From Spirogloea muscicola (taxonomy: Eukaryota): a stretch of DNA of 64,000 bases. The stretch lies in the NCBI GenBank assembly GCA_009602725.1, contig WELB01000001.1:1531678-1595677 (forward strand), read 5' to 3'. The translations under genes were made by a program, and so were the position numbers. Shown here piece by piece: positions 61,004 to 64,000 of the stretch (position 1 is its first letter; each line of letters begins with the position of its first letter). The notes under the pieces are model-generated. The model was not told the DNA's origin, made no database searches, and saw only the letters and a list, made by a program, of their open reading frames with translations.

Positions 61004-62413
61004 CATTTGGATTGCCGTGCTCATAGAAGCTCTGGAAGAGCTCAATGGCCTCATCTGCCAATATTCCACCCACGCATAATAGTGCGGGAGATGTCGTGGC
61101 CAGCAGTTCGTCGCACGGACCAACTGGAGCACTGCTGTGAAAATCCATGGAGGGTTATTTGAGCAAGCGTCCTGTGATGTCAAGTAGCATACCAGCGTCT
61201 TGCCATGGTTACGAGACAAAGTTGTACCTTTTGCCGCATGGCCCAGAGCCGGCTACGTTCAAGGGCAGTACAGCCCCACAGCCTCCAAAACGGAAATCTG
61301 CGCACCCAAAATACACCTTGCGCAAGCCTGCCTCATTCCACTGATAACGAGTCATGCCTACATTCCTGCACGATCAGGACAGCTTGCAGGCATGAGCTAT
61401 TCTGAGGTGTTCTCTCCCCGTGACTTGTCAGGGGCCGCCAAACTACTCTTATCAAGCAGAAGTTGAAGATACAGGGAAGAGCTTGCCAGCATACAGTCTG
61501 CTTGCAGAATCTCCGGTGAAGTAGGACAGCCTGTCTTGCACACACAGCGTACACGAGTCTCACCGAGTATTGACAAGGCAGCCGAGCACATGATGCATGG
61601 CTCGCAGGTTACATAGAGCTCGCTGTCTCGCAGCAGGGCGGCCAGGTCCTCTTGGCGACTGGCTTCAGATGTGCGCCACTGCTTCAGAAGATCATCAAAC
61701 GCCTCCATCTCGGCGTGCCTTGTTGCCTGTGACCACAGACAGCCAGGCTGCCAGCTGGAAAGATTTGCAGACTGATCTTTGGGATTCAGACTGCATGCCC
61801 GCGAATGCTCCCATTTGCTTGTGCATCCTCTCACACACGAAGCTGCTCAAGTGCAGGCAAGCTGAATATTACATTGCGCGTCTCATTGGTGCGGTTGCTG
61901 CCTCGCCCAACGACCTCGTCATGATGCACAATCACGCAACTAGAAACATACACAAGATTGACCAGACACCGTTACACAAGCATGGAAAAGTGCCGCGGGT
62001 ACGACGGCACAGTGCCCGTCTGCGCAAGCAGCTCTAGGCGAGTTTCTGAGGCCGTCTGCCGATGCTGATGGGAGGTCAGACGACCGCTGCAGAAGGTGAT
62101 AAGCCCAAGAGTCCTTCCAACAGGCTCAGCGGCTCACCCGACGGGAACTTCGGCCCTCGCGAGCGCGGCGCGGGACTGCATGGCACGCACGCGCAGGGCT
62201 TGTCACGAACTTAGATTGGCACGCATGTCAGCCACCATGTTGGCAACTCAATGCCAATGCCGAGCGTGAAGCCTGTCGAATAGCCAGTCGCTGTAACCCG
62301 CGCAAGCCTGGACGATCGCCGTGCACAGACGGGACGCCCAGCGCAGCGGCGGCGGCGGCGGCGGCGGCTGCCGCGGGGATGGGGGGGGCGGTGGGCGACA
62401 CCGCCGATCTCAT
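61004..62413 (-). CDS. TAD2: tRNA-specific adenosine-34 deaminase catalytic subunit; last exon missing at gap, start uncertain
   Basis: RAEVPVG|CVIVHHDEVVGRGSNRTNETRN|ATRHAEMEA...LYVTCEPCIMCSAALSILG|LRKVYFGCADFRFGGCG...FYEHGNPN, containing the HAE and PCxxC zinc motifs. Confidence 0.92.
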
Positions 62414-63673
62414 GGCTGTTGCGACACAGAGCCTCAGCCCGAGGCCACCGCCGATTGCTACCGGCACTGGCGTTGAGTTGACGTTGCCGGCGGCGGCGTC
62501 CCCGCCGCTGGCGCAGCCGCCCCTAGACGTCCCCAGCCTCTGGGCGCGTCTCACAGAGGGCGGCGCCATGGGGGCCAGCGCCGGCTCCGTCCTGCCGGTC
62601 ACCACCGGCGTTCCCTCTGCGGCCCTCTCCGCGCCCTCGCGGCCTGCGCCAGCCCTCCCGCTGCCGGCCCGCCAGCCCGCTGCCGCCACCACCACTGTGC
62701 CGGTGTCGCTGGACCAGTCACCGACGGCCTCGTCGCTGCAGCACGGCGGCACTGGCCAGGGCGAGAGCAGCTATCGTGGCGTGCGCCAGCGCCGCCGCAA
62801 CCGGTAAGCACCTTGCCTCCCTCCTCGGTCTGCACTGTCTGTCTGGTGGAGCAGGGTCCCTCTTAACAAGTTTTAGTAAGAGATTTCCACGTCCTGATGA
62901 CGTGGTCATAAGAGCCGTCAGCTGGGGCCAATTGTGCTTTACCTTAGTGGCACCTGTTATACTATAATGGCAATGGTTTGCCATGGTGCAGGTGGGTGGC
63001 AGAGATCCGGGACCCGCTGCGCAAGGTCCGGCGGTGGCTCGGCACCTTCCCTACGGCGCACGCCGCCGCCGAAGCGTACGACACGGCAGCCATCGCCATC
63101 CACGGCCGCCGCGCCCGCACCAACTTTCCGGCCTCGCCGGCCGCCGCCGCCACGGTCGCGTCCACGTCCGAGCCTCCGCCGCCACGGCTGCCATCGGTGA
63201 CACCGCACAGCCGCTCCGAGGAGCTTTCTGGCGGTGGCCTTGCACCGGGCCCCATGCTCCAAAAGAGCAGGCACCCCGGTGGCAGCGCCACCGGACGCGC
63301 CGCGGTCGGCCCAGTTGGCCACGGTTCGCCACAGCGACCGTCCTCAGCGCCGGCGGCAGGTGCTGGTCTGCCGGTGCCGCCAGCAGGCTTGGGTGTCGCC
63401 AGACCCGGAGGCATTGAACGGGTCCTCAGCCCAGAGCTATCAGCAACATCAGCCTCCGTCCAGGGCCCACTGCGGCCGCTGGGCCTGTCAATGGCCGGCA
63501 ATGGCGGCGGCGCTGCTGCTGCCAACCTGGGCGACATTGGAGGTTCCCTTCTGGTTTGGGAGATGGATGAGACGTCCTCGCCGGCTACCACAGCTGGGCG
63601 CAGCGCCGCGCCCTCCTCTTTGCTCAGCCAATGGCCACCCTGGCCCGACGACGACCGTCCGGACCTGCCGTAA
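62379..63673 (+). CDS. Single-AP2-domain AP2/ERF transcription factor
   Basis: [56 protein letters not shown], with a GT-AG intron at 62804-62991. Start could be 62379, 62412 or the later Met near 62567. Confidence 0.92.
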
Positions 63674-64000
63674 TGCTCCAGCACGCCACCAAAATCTCAC
63701 AGTCCACCTGTGGGCATTGCTCACAGTATATGCATCTTCAGTTGACATACGGTGACTGAAATCGTTGACCAATCAATGCACTCAGGGTAAATATGTTCTC
63801 TACGTTCGGCTAGCCCTGTGTCCTGCACAGTCACCACACTAGTATAGTGGGCCCTATATACTCTACACCCATAGCAAGTGTTCGGGCTACTGGTGCTCCT
63901 GAAGGAGCACCACAAGAACACTGCTATGTACACTAGTAGTAGTGCTGTATACACCATAAACAATACATTCTAAAGCCCGCCAGAGATACGGTGTCCTCCG

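Overview
Eukaryotic nuclear DNA with intron-rich genes, GC-rich exons and assembly gaps. Gene content and protein similarity point to a streptophyte green alga, possibly a zygnematophyte (inference). Recognisable genes in order: a truncated Ty1/copia gag-protease, a MIKC-type MADS-box gene (-), ATR kinase (-) with a premature stop and a frameshift, a DUF1294/YsdA-family gene (-), a papain-family protease fused to 2 EGF-like, 5 LysM and a Kazal-like domain (+), GTG/GPR89 (+), ALDH6B (-), a CSU2/C9orf78-like gene (+), TAD2 (-) and an AP2/ERF gene (+). Intergenic DNA is full of 5'-truncated non-LTR retrotransposon fragments (RLE-type, CRE-like) with three distinct 3' tails that lack poly(A); two of the tails carry conserved stem-loops, and two insertions have both target-site duplications and an empty-site copy inside the window. 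A lower-GC island at about 42.7-46.5 kb carries a decayed gene for a secreted-looking protein. The most promising novelty is the protease-EGF-LysM-Kazal fusion. All family calls come from motifs read by eye; no searches were run.
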